Assembly: GCA_965644495.1 (NCBI GenBank)
Contig: CBFFSA010000027.1
Location: 1 to 64,000 of the forward strand
Direction: 5' to 3'
From: Perkinsela sp. CCAP 1560/9
Lineage: Eukaryota > Protista > Euglenozoa: Kinetoplastea
DNA: 64,000 nucleotides
Shown here: positions 52,004 through 62,510 of the stretch, one piece after another
How positions within the stretch are numbered: the stretch's first letter is position 1
Layout of the letters: each line of letters begins with the position of its first letter
The notes under the pieces: model-generated
Databases searched by the model: none
Seen by the model: only the letters and a program-made list of their open reading frames with translations
What the model was told of the DNA's origin: nothing
Translations under genes and position numbers: made by a program

Positions 52004-55000
52004 GTAGACGAACCAAGTAGGTCCATTGGGGGGGGTATACGAGTTGAAAACAAACAATCAAATTAGCAATTCTTTTTCTGTCCACAGATGTACCTTTTTT
52101 CTTAGCCCAAAACTAGCAATTTAGTCTCCCCTAAGTATATACTACAAACAAGAAAAACAGTAAAAATTAAAACAAGCAATCCATGCCCAATCCATTCGCG
52201 CGTTCCGGACCGGGTCTTTCGACCTCTCCACGGCCTGACTTGTGAACCCTTCCCTTGCTATACGGGAGGGCGCAGGCGCGGGCCTGTGTCGACAGCGACA
52301 CGGTCACGAAACAGGATGCTGGCCGACGGGGAGGAGATTCACTACCCGTGTACTACCTCACTTGGGGTACCTAGCCCTCGCGGGCTAGGCGTGAGTATAG
52401 ACTCTGTCGACCCGACCAGCACCCGTCCTGGATACCATGGCGTCTTCGTGCTGAAATAGGACTGTCAGTCCGAATCCCTACCTATCTCACCTTGGGGTAC
52501 CTCACTCACGAAGGCGAGGCGTGAGAATAGGCACTGTAGGCTCGATCGCTCCTGCCGGTCCGCAGCTGGCACGATTTGGTGTGGTGTCAGAGGGTGCCTC
52601 GTTCAGTAAAGCGAGACTGGCATGGATATCCACGTCTGCCATGCGTCTTACAAGCATTCGTGCCTGAGACCGCATGAGCGTAACGTTCATGTCCTGGAGA
52701 AGAAAAAACATTGACGCTTGCTCGGACATATCACCCTTACATGCTGCGGCTCTTTTTCCCGCGATCTTCTTCAGCATATGGAGGGACGTCGGGCTCCATG
52801 ATCCGTACGATTCCACTACCATGGCGGTGAAATCATGTCCGGCCTCTATAGCCTCTTGCCTTTGTCCACGCTTGTGGTTCGTTGCATATTTCTCTGCGAA
52901 GGCCCCTGCAGCTACCATGCCAGCAGAACGGACCAGGTCCGTATATTTCTGTTGCTGGACGTGGGTCACCGCAAAATCAAAGACAAGGCCTTTACCGAGC
53001 GTGTAGCTCGGAAGGAACACATCCCCTGGTCTTGTGAGTGCCCCCCCTGGACCTCTGTTGCCGAGGCTGTGCTCCCTTTTCGGAGACAAATTGGCCTTTT
53101 GACAAACGTCAAAGAACTGGAGGGCCAAGGCATTATGCCTCGCAGAGATCCCGTAGTCGTGTTTACAGACCAATGCGTGGTCTCCTTGTGGTCCCATCGG
53201 AAGCGTGCAGCCTGAGACGGGACAGGGGTGTGTTTCTGGATATACTTTTTGTCCTAGCCACCAGGTGCACAGGGTGCGGAACTCCGTTTTAGTAAAGGCG
53301 TGCCCCTTTTCCCTGGAGGGCGTGACAAACAGCCAGTCACCTGCCCCTTTTCCAGATTGAGATATCCAACGTGCCCTCGTTTGAGGATCAGCTTTCTGAT
53401 ATGCATCGGTGTACTCGCGGGAAGAAATTGCACGGCTGAGCACCTTTTGGCGTGCGACTCGGTCGTTGGAAGATGAAAACTCGTGGTCGAGTTTCGTTTG
53501 TTCAAAGTAAGGGGTCGTCGTGTCTCCGGGTGGTGCTACGGGAAGATTCGCCGGGAGAGGTCGTTTTGATCCACGGAGACCCAGTACTTTTTTGAGGTGA
53601 GAGAGAGAGGAAGCGTGCTGAGGGGAAATTAGACCGGTTTTCTCTTCCAGGACGCTGGTGCCCGCTCGTGAATTGACGTCCAGTACTGCATCAGCAAAAT
53701 CTTTTGCGTCGAGGGAGTTCCAGTTGTCCTTATCCGCTGCGAAAGAGACTGAGGAAACGTACGCCGATGAGGCATGCATCGCTGAAGAGCGCAGCCCGAA
53801 TCCACCGTAAGATTTTGGACGTTGTACTTGTGCGGCAGCATCTTCATTTAAAGGACATATAGAGCGTTCCGTGGTATGTAGTATTGCTGTGTCAAGTTCT
53901 TCGCATAACTCATGGACGGAATTGGTGGGTGTGGTTCTAAGAGAATATGCCATTTGGCTGAAACCAGCACACTGTCGGATGAGTGCGAGGGAAACTTGCG
54001 GGTCTTCCATGTATTCGATCGCGGCTAGGGATTCTTCAGCAGGCAACAGGGTGTGTTCACGGAGAAATTCTGTGCAGAAATCAGTCGTTCCTACAGGGCT
54101 ACCTAAAATTGAAAAATTTCCCTCGCTTGTCTTTTTAGTCGTCGGGATGTTGCCGAAGCTGTCCAGGTGTTCGGCGGATTCAGGATGTGTGATCGCCTCG
54201 CACTTGTTGGCGTTTAGGAAGATGCCCCACTGTGGGCCGACTCGTTCGATGATGTCTAAAGCTCGTCTGACGTCTTGAGCCTTCCCCCCGAGAATGCCGT
54301 CATCCAAATACCACAGATTAAGCTTAAGAAGACCAGGAAGTTGTCGATCTATCTCGGTAGTAACCAGTTGCATGACGAGGGAAAAAAGTAAAGGACCCAA
54401 CGGATCCCCTTGTTGCACACCCTCCTTTGAAGAAATCTGACGGAAACCGTAAGTGAGAATACTCTCGGTGGTGTAACACCATTCAACCCACGGGGAGAGC
54501 TCCGGGAAGTGCTCCCTCGTAAGTGCAGCAAAGGCAGTTCTTGAGATGTTGTTAAAGGCATTTCGCAGATCCACTTTACATAGCGTGAAATCAGAACTTC
54601 CCGCCTGAGAGGCCATCACGTGCCTACACAGGTGGATCAGGCGTTCGGCCCCTGCAGGTGTTGCGACTCCGTATTGATGAGGCCAGAGTAGTTTGCTTGC
54701 CTTTTCCTTTACTGCGGAGCAGGCCGCTTTGCTCACAAGTCGCCTTATTGTTTCGCCGGCAGCAATAGGACGGACATCATTTTCTCCTTTTTCTAAGGCA
54801 CATAGTCTGGCGCCGCCGAAGAACTTCTGGACTTGGAGACAACCTTTCCCGGACAGCAAGAGGTTCATGACTTCCTTGAGATAGAAAAGCGGCTGTACCT
54901 TGTCATCAGGGTGTGCTGCTAAGGCGCTCTGGAGATGCTCAGGGCGGAGGCCCATGGTGCCAGCCGATGTTCCGCGCCGGAAACTGCGTAGTGCCTTTTC

Positions 55001-55998
55001 AACTTCGCCTTCGGATAGATGTAAAGGCTCTCCTTCTATGGGTCGGAATGTGACGGAAGATGATAAAGGCAATCTACCTGGGTGCTTCGATTGGAGTTTT
55101 TCGTAAGTTTCTTCGGATTCAGGTGCCATCGGTGCTGCTGTAAGGGCTGCCATCGCACGGGAAAACTCCCCTTGTCTGGCCAGCCACTCGACTCGTTTCG
55201 CCGCCTTGCCGGACTCGTCCACTTCCTCATCGTCGCTCCTCTCCCGCTTCTTTACCATTTGCGCAACAGATTCGTTCCACAGTGCCGCGTATTCCCTGGA
55301 TTCCCAGCGATCCATGCGTTGGCTCGTTTTCGTGGTATAGGACGAATTTCCTTTTCGTCCCCCTCTTTTGGGCGCGGGCAGGACACATTTTGGGAGCATC
55401 GCTAAGCGTGTCCAGGCCTCAACCGAGTTCTCTCTAACCACTGCAGCCATTGTTTGAGTCAAAACAGAGGCCCACTGTTGTCTGCATCGGAATGGTACAT
55501 CTTTGCATGTGTTGATGGCGTAAGAGCAGACACAATCAAGAGACGGGAGCGAATCCTTGTAAATTTGGGAAATGGAAGCCTCTTCGGTTTCTGGCTCACA
55601 GGTTAGCGACGAGGTGTAAGAGCCCAAGGAGTCTTGACATTTTTCCTCATGGGAAGCTTTTTTATTGTGATCATAGTGCTTGCCGCATGAGGGGCATAAG
55701 AAACGTCCTTCTTTTTCCCACCATTCCGAAGGCACAGTATCGCTATGTTGGCTTGCGACGTGATGGTAGTAGGCCTGCCACTTCCCTCCGTGTGATGCGG
55801 TGCTCCAGTTGCACACTTCGACTGGACAGGTGCGACGTCTCATTGTGTCTCGTCTAGCTGGTTGGCGAGTCTTGGAATCTTTACTAACCCCTCTCTCGAA
55901 AATTTTGGGCGTCGACTTTTGGCTAGAAAGAGGGCTTTTTCGTGGGAGAAGCCTCGCTGTGGCCATGGAATGTGGTTCGTACCGCTCTGGGGTTTGGC
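51975..55998 (-). mobile_element. Family E near-full-length CRE-clade retrotransposon
   Basis: T29, ~500-nt 3' UTR, intact ORF. Confidence 0.92.
52502..55966 (-). CDS. Zn fingers + RT + CCHC + RLE polyprotein (family E)
   Basis: CPVEVC..HVASQH, CPSC..H...C, RPIAAGE, VDLRNAFN, GVQQGDPLG, YLDD, CPVSGC..HALVC, RPGD..FDFAV. Confidence 0.92.
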   Translation of the reverse strand: MATARLLPRKSPLSSQKSTPKIFERGVSKDSKTRQPARRDTMRRRTCPVEVCNWSTASHGGKWQAYYHHVASQHSDTVPSEWWEKEGRFLCPSCGKHYDHNKKASHEEKCQDSLGSYTSSLTCEPETEEASISQIYKDSLPSLDCVCSYAINTCKDVPFRCRQQWASVLTQTMAAVVRENSVEAWTRLAMLPKCVLPAPKRGGRKGNSSYTTKTSQRMDRWESREYAALWNESVAQMVKKRERSDDEEVDESGKAAKRVEWLARQGEFSRAMAALTAAPMAPESEETYEKLQSKHPGRLPLSSSVTFRPIEGEPLHLSEGEVEKALRSFRRGTSAGTMGLRPEHLQSALAAHPDDKVQPLFYLKEVMNLLLSGKGCLQVQKFFGGARLCALEKGENDVRPIAAGETIRRLVSKAACSAVKEKASKLLWPHQYGVATPAGAERLIHLCRHVMASQAGSSDFTLCKVDLRNAFNNISRTAFAALTREHFPELSPWVEWCYTTESILTYGFRQISSKEGVQQGDPLGPLLFSLVMQLVTTEIDRQLPGLLKLNLWYLDDGILGGKAQDVRRALDIIERVGPQWGIFLNANKCEAITHPESAEHLDSFGNIPTTKKTSEGNFSILGSPVGTTDFCTEFLREHTLLPAEESLAAIEYMEDPQVSLALIRQCAGFSQMAYSLRTTPTNSVHELCEELDTAILHTTERSICPLNEDAAAQVQRPKSYGGFGLRSSAMHASSAYVSSVSFAADKDNWNSLDAKDFADAVLDVNSRAGTSVLEEKTGLISPQHASSLSHLKKVLGLRGSKRPLPANLPVAPPGDTTTPYFEQTKLDHEFSSSNDRVARQKVLSRAISSREYTDAYQKADPQTRARWISQSGKGAGDWLFVTPSREKGHAFTKTEFRTLCTWWLGQKVYPETHPCPVSGCTLPMGPQGDHALVCKHDYGISARHNALALQFFDVCQKANLSPKREHSLGNRGPGGALTRPGDVFLPSYTLGKGLVFDFAVTHVQQQKYTDLVRSAGMVAAGAFAEKYATNHKRGQRQEAIEAGHDFTAMVVESYGSWSPTSLHMLKKIAGKRAAACKGDMSEQASMFFLLQDMNVTLMRSQARMLVRRMADVDIHASLALLNEAPSDTTPNRASCGPAGAIEPTVPILTPRLRE

Positions 55999-56119
55999 TT
56001 TTTTTTTTTTTTTTTTTTTTTAAGTCTTTTTTTTTTACGTGACTCGATAAGTTCATCTCGCACATCAACTTCTTATCGACTTTACATCACAACTTGCGGG
56101 AGGACGCAGACTAGTCCTC

Positions 56120-57822
56120 ACGTTTCTCTTAGCTTTCCGTGAGCGCGAAGATTGCTCATCCGGAAGTTGACGAAACCCAGCCGAGCTGAAAGGAGGTTTG
56201 GGCGCTCGAGGCCAGAAATCACAACCTGCGGATAAGACACCAACACGCTTCGCGCAGACAAGTCCTCATGGCACGTTTCCCGTAGCTTTCCGTGAGCGCG
56301 AAGATTACTCATCCGGAAGTTGACGAAACCAAGCCAAGCTGAAAGGAGGTTTGGGCGCTCGAGGTCAGAAATCACAACCTGCGGATAAGAAACCAACACG
56401 CTTCGCGCAGACAAGTCCTCATGGCACGTTTCCCGTAGCTTTCCGTGAGCGCGAAGATTACTCATCCGGAAGTTGACGAAACCCAGCCGAGCTGAAAGGA
56501 GGTTTGGGCGCTCGAGGCCAGAAATCACAACCTGCGGATAAGAAACCAACACGCTTCGCGCAGACAAGTCCTCATGGCACGTCTCCCGTAGCTTTCCGTG
56601 AGCGCGAAGATTACTCATCCGGAAGTTGACGAAACCCAGCCGAGCTGAAAGGAGGTTTGGGCGCTCGAGGCCAGAAATCACAACCTGCGGATAAGAAACC
56701 AACACGCTTCGCGCAGACAAGTCCTCATGGCACGTTTCCCGTAGCTTTCCGTGAGCGCGAAGATTGCTCATCCGGAAGTTGACGAAACCAAGCCAAGCTG
56801 AAAGGAGGTTTGGGCGCTCGAGGTCAGAAATCACAACCTGCGGATAAGAAACCAACACGCTTCGCGCAGACAAGTCCTCATGGCACGTTTCCCGTAGCTT
56901 TCCGTGAGCGCGAAGATTACTCATCCGGAAGTTGACGAAACCCAGCCGAGCTGAAAGGAGGTTTGGGCGCTCGAGGCCAGAAATCACAACCTGCGGATAA
57001 GAAACCAACACGCTTCGCGCAGACAAGTCCTCATGGCACGTCTCCCGTAGCTTTCCGTGAGCGCGAAGATTACTCATCCGGAAGTTGACGAAACCCAGCC
57101 GAGCTGAAAGGAGGTTTGGGCGCTCGAGGCCAGAAATCACAACCTGCGGATAAGAAACCAACACGCTTCGCGCAGACAAGTCCTCATGGCACGTTTCCCG
57201 TAGCTTTCCGTGAGCGCGAAGATTGCTCATCCGGAAGTTGACGAAACCCAGCCGAGCTGAAAGGAGGTTTGGGCGCTCGAGGCCAGAAATCACAACCTGC
57301 GGATAAGAAACCAACACGCTTCGCGCAGACAAGTCCTCATGGCACGTTTCCCGTAGCTTTCCGTGAGCGCGAAGATTGCTCATCCGGAAGTTGACGAAAC
57401 CCAGCCGAGCTGAAAGGAGGTTTGGGCGCTCGAGGCCAGAAATCACAACCTGCGGATAAGAAACCAACACGCTTCGCGCAGACAAGTCCTCATGGCACGT
57501 TTCCCGTAGCTTTCCGTGAGCGCGAAGATTACGCATCCGGAAGTTGACGAAACCCAGCCGAGCTGAAAGGAGGTTTGGGCGCTCGAGGCCAGAAATCACA
57601 ACCTGCGGATAAGAAACCAACACGCTTCGCGCAGACAAGTCCTCATGGCACGTTTCCCGTAGCTTTCCGTGAGCGCGAAGATTGCTCATCCGGAAGTTGA
57701 CGAAACCCAGCCGAGCTGAAAGGAGGTTTGGGCGCTCGAGGCCAGAAATCACAACCTGCGGATAAGACAACGACACGCTTCGCGCAGACATGTCCTCATG
57801 GCACGTTTCCCGTAGCTTTCCG
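56120..57822. repeat. 153-bp tandem repeat, ~11 units
   Basis: 51-aa periodicity in the ORF track; direct inspection. Confidence 0.95.
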
Positions 57823-57895
57823 GGAGCCTTTCTCCTCTTTCGAATGATGGGGCGCGTGCCCCCGGCAGACATCAGGTTTAAAAACTTAAAAAAAA

Positions 57896-57931
57896 CAACA
57901 AGGTACAGAAACTGTATCTTTATCGTTAAAG
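57896..57931 (-). other. Spliced-leader exon, 36 nt
   Basis: CTTTAACGATAAAGATACAGTTTCTGTACCTTGTTG, ending exactly at a TSD. Confidence 0.88.
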
Positions 57932-58277
57932 TCCCAGAGCATTTAACGCATCCGGACACGTGAGCAATTGCGCTGCTGGAGGTGAGGAGAACGTGGCACC
58001 CAGGACATTGTACCTTCGATGGTAGCAACGGATGCTCTATTCCGAAACGGGGCATTATCGCCAACGTGAAAAGTCGCGAAGGAATGAATTTGGTGCAAGC
58101 GGTGAGCCAATTGTAATTCCCTTTCGCACTGGCCACACGAATGATATCAGCCTGACCCTTGTCTTTCATCAAAGACTCGCGCACTGCATTGTGGTGGACT
58201 TCTTCCGTAACCGCTTCATCAGTGAGAGGTCGTTGGCTGGAGAGCGAGTTCAGCGCTGGCAAATCCATTAGAGTAGC
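57932..58277 (-). mobile_element. Family D copy 2, upstream part
   Basis: Continues 47031-47038 through the TCCCAGAG duplication. Confidence 0.85.
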
Positions 58278-58305
58278 ATAAAAATCCTTTTATGACTAAA
58301 ATATC

Positions 58306-61300
58306 TTTTTTTTTTGCCCGTGGAGCGCATATATTATATACGCGCCGATTACTATCAAATGTGAGACATGTTCACCTTCCCCCCTTCTCTCAATTTTCAA
58401 AGAGAAACTATCCCGAAAATGAGATCTATATAATTTTATAAGCTGATTCAGCTTATAGTGATATTGTGTTTAGAACTTATATACTATATTCTTGAGTTTG
58501 CGTGCAGCCGTCTAAGTATTTCTTTAGCTGCGCATAAATCCCTAATCCATTAAGCTCCTGAATCGTCAGCTTCATTTCGAGTTCGACCTGTTTCCTGTTT
58601 AGCATGGCCGCGTCTGCTAGCGAGTGTACCAAGTTCTGCGTATTGCGGTGCAAAGCGCCTCCTGCCAGTACGGGTAAACATTGAAATGAGTCTTCACGAA
58701 TTAAGTTACTCCACGAGCCAAAAGACTCGACAACCATGGCCGTGAACCCTAGTTGTGCTTCTTCTTTTTTTTTTTTTTTTTTTTTTTTAGGTCCTCGCCG
58801 GTGTTCTCTTCATCGAAGGTCCCCACTACCCAACATCATCTGGTATTTTTATCTTATGAGCCGTCATTACTGTTTTTTTTTGTGTTATCTTGTGTGCTTT
58901 TGGCCCGATTTCCGGAGTAACTTCAAAGATTCAGCATTGTAGACTTCCTACCCAATGTTCTTGGGCCATATATATAAACTTTTAGAACTTGATAAAATTG
59001 ATAACCATTGCACATACTCAGTTCCACTTTTTACCTATCTTTATCACCAATGTCTGTCCTAAGATGTTGCAACGTCTTGAGATTAAAACCAAATCATCAT
59101 CTAGCATTTTAGCTTATGTGCCGTCATCACTGTTTTTTTTTTGTGTGTTATCTTGTGTGCTTTTGGCACGATTTCCGGAGTAACTTCAAAGATTCAGCAT
59201 TGCAGACTTCCTACCCAATGTTCTTGGGCCATATATTGCCGCAGTTGCGAGAAGATAGTGTATGCGGAGAATTTTTCAATTTCCAATTGGAATGCTTCTC
59301 GAGTGTTTTCTACGTCTAGGCCTGCCCTATTTGCCAGTGTCTTGAGGAGTTCCTTAGTTTCCTTGTGAAGAAGACCACAATCTGTTACTGGTATGCAGCG
59401 AAAGTATTCTTGGTCCAATCCTTTTTCCTGCACATATTTCCGTTGCTTACGGTCTACCGCATTTTGGAGGAGGGCAACGCTTGTCTGCCGCTTGTAGCTC
59501 CCACAACAAGTGTGCACCACTGTCACATCGTAGAGTATCTCCCCAACATTTGGCCACATTATGGCCAGATCAGGGCCTGAACGAATTCTCCGAGCACGAC
59601 AAGGATGATGTTCTGCAGCTTCAGGTGAAATGGAACATTTGCACTTCGTGCAGAAGAAGGAAGAATGAAGGCGTGGTTCTATAGCGCAGGGTACTCCAGC
59701 TTTGGCACAAAGATCGGAAAGGTAGCGCACGATGTGGGAGTGCTTTCTCGTACAGTTCATCCCTGCACATCTTGAACACCCAGCTACATGTGAAATGATT
59801 CCATGTGGTGTTTCCGTGGCGCCGCATCCTGGACAAGTAATTTCATTCGGCGCACCTTGGAGTGCGATACCAAGCCGCATCATGAGTGTATATCGGAAGA
59901 GATACGGATTCACGTAATTATTTGTCGCTGCCAAGTGGAGATTTGCTTTTTTGATCGCTTCATAATGCCCGCAAATCTATCCTTTTGCATCAGTTCTGAA
60001 GCCAGTGTTTCATGTTCTAACTTAATCTGCTTTTTGAAATCAGTACGTGCGGCTTGGCTGGAGGATTAAGTTCGTACGTACATATGTGTTGGACTTTCGC
60101 TGCAGCGCGTCATTCATGAGCTGTGTGCATTTCTTTCCACGATTAGACATTGAGAGTTCGTGAATAACTGTCAGATCATAGAAGACCGCACCCATGTTCC
60201 AATAGATCACGAGATCGGGGCCAGACCGACAAAGTTTTTTTCCTGCACAAGTCTTCTGATGTACCAACTGGTTTTCCGGACTGATTGTGGATCGGCAAGC
60301 GATGCACTTCCACGTAGAAAAGTTTCTAGGTTCCGTTTCACATGGGATGCCTGCTTTCACGCATAGACGATGTAAAAATCCGACAAGTGAGTTATGTTTC
60401 ACGGTCGTATTTATACCTGAACATTGAGCACAGCCTGGGATATGGGTGAGGGCGTTTCGGTTATTGAGGAGAATACCGCACCCTGGACACAATAGACTGG
60501 TAGGTAGATCTGGGTGTTGGGCATTTAGTCGTGGCATAATCGCGAGTTTGAAGAGATGGGAAGGGATGTACTTCGCGTTGGAAAGGATCCAGTCGCTGTT
60601 TCCTTTGAAGGATGTGGCTTGTAGAATGGGCTTAATGTCGGGATCCGTTTGCAACTCTTTCAATACTTCGACATGATGAATGCTGGTGGAAGCTTTTTCG
60701 TCCACTGGTATGACTTTCATTGTCGAGTTCTTAGGAATAGACGGGTGTGATGGCACCGCGTTGTCGATCCGAGCTGAAAAAGAGTTTCGGCGCTCAAGAA
60801 CCGAGTAGCGGGATGCCACATATGCCGTCTCCCTAAGGGGACTGCTCGCTGTCAAACCCATTCCTCCCTTCTTAACGGGTAATCGTACAATTTTCATTTG
60901 ATCAGGAGAGAGTGGACCAATCCAAGTCTCTACCACATTTTCAACCTCTTGATCGAATTGTGATGATGCTTTCTCTGTTGTTTCGGGCGGGTGGACACGA
61001 ATCAGGTATTGTTGACGAACATTGGCACATTTTGCTAAAAGAATCATCGATATATTATTGATGCCCATTCGTTTTAGCCGCCGAAAAGCTGTGACCTGCT
61101 TCTCTAGTTGACGCAAAAGTCGTTCACTTATTGTGTTGTTTTCTCCAATATACGCTCCGAGTACTTTGACCGCTTCGTCCTCCGACTTTACACCTTGGGT
61201 GCTCAGCGAATTCGGTATGGAATTTCCGGATTTTCCTCTGAACCAAACGCATTTTGCCTCGGCTAGTTTCACCTGTTTTTCTTCTAGGAGACCTTTGAGC

Positions 61301-62510
61301 CTAAAGAATGCTTTCTCCAGTTCGGTTGAATCTCGAGACACTAACGTTATATCGTCAATGTATGCATTTATTTCAATACCTGGAAATTCGGAGGCCAGTG
61401 TCTCGAGTATTGGTTGACAGAATACGCAAAAGTAAAGACTAGCCAGAGCGGACCCTTGCCGTACACCTGCTGAGCTCATTATAATGTCCGTCAGGCTGCC
61501 ATCGGAGCCATAAAATAAAAGTTCGGAAGCATTTGAATATTCGGCCGCAAAGAACCTTTGAAAGGGTTTCAGTGTAGCGAAAGCAAAAACGCACTTTGCA
61601 ATTTCCTCTCGTGAGGGTGAGTTGAATGCATTTTGCATATCCACAGTCAGGATTGAGTGTCCGTCAAGCCAGCGGTCCCGCAACTTGTGTACGATTCGTT
61701 CGCACCCCGCTTGAGAGAATACGCCTTGTTGCATTGGTGCAAAGAGGGGTTCCAGTGACTTTTCGTATCTTTGCAGCAGAATTATTCCAGCTAATTTGCT
61801 AAATATTTCTCCAATAGCTACTGGGCGTACTCCCCCGTTGGGCTTGTCGATGGCTACGAGTCTTGCCCGATTTAGACGCTGTAGAACTTGTCTAGATAGG
61901 AATCCGTTGATCAGATCGCTCATCATGTGACAAAGACTATTGCAACATGGCTCGTCGTCTATGAGAAGTCTAACGATGCTGTCGGTCGTACCTGTAGGCC
62001 CAGGGCTCACACCTTTTGACAGTCGTCTACTTGCACATCTTAATTCTTGTACGGCTATTCCTGCGATAATCGGTGCATCTTCCGGAACTTTGAAATTGCA
62101 GTTTTGTTCTGGATGAAGTGCACGTAGTTTTTGGACTTTTTCTTGATCAGTCAACGTGCTCTTCTGAAAAGAACAGTCCAAAATCCTTGAAGCCTTCGAT
62201 GTACAGTTTTCTAGCACCAAACGAGTGGCCCGTTTGATTGCTCGCTTGTCCTCATGAAAAAACTCGTCTTCTGGTTGATTGTGTTCAACTGTCTCTTGTT
62301 GTATGGGTCTTCGCCGCCGTTGTCTACTATTGGCTTGACGCACAGAAGCTAATGAAAGTTTCATTGCAGACAAAACTTTATTCCAAATTTGATTTCTTTG
62401 TACGTAGTCGCTTTCTGCATAGATGTGCATGATGTCCCTGTATATGGCAATCACACTGGAGATAAAATCAGGACTAATGGTTTTCGCGGTTGGAATTGGG
62501 AGATGGTCTA
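58306..62510 (-). mobile_element. Family C copy 2 (58306-58707 + 60065-62510), 5'-truncated, interrupted
   Basis: Near-identical to 39936-42760; ATTAAGTT duplication. Confidence 0.9.
58765..60062 (-). mobile_element. Family B2 5'-truncated copy (RLE ORF 59194-59934) nested in C
   Basis: Poly-T, then near-identity to 32200-33461. Confidence 0.88.

Larger units (their letters stand above)
55999..57931 (-). mobile_element. Complete retrocopy of an SL-capped, polyadenylated RNA built of 153-bp repeats (non-autonomous element?)
   Basis: T23 at 55999-56021, SL at 57896-57931, ATG 57872 opening a 584-aa repeat ORF that ends at 56118. Confidence 0.8.

Noticed and set aside
56120-56272. Hammerhead ribozyme in the 153-bp unit
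   Set aside because: CGGAUGA rather than CUGAUGA, and GAAA is not positioned after stem II
46284-60072. Library artefact (concatenated cDNA reads)
   Set aside because: Matching TSDs up to 11 kb apart, nested structure and decayed frames indicate genomic events; spanning reads should still be checked
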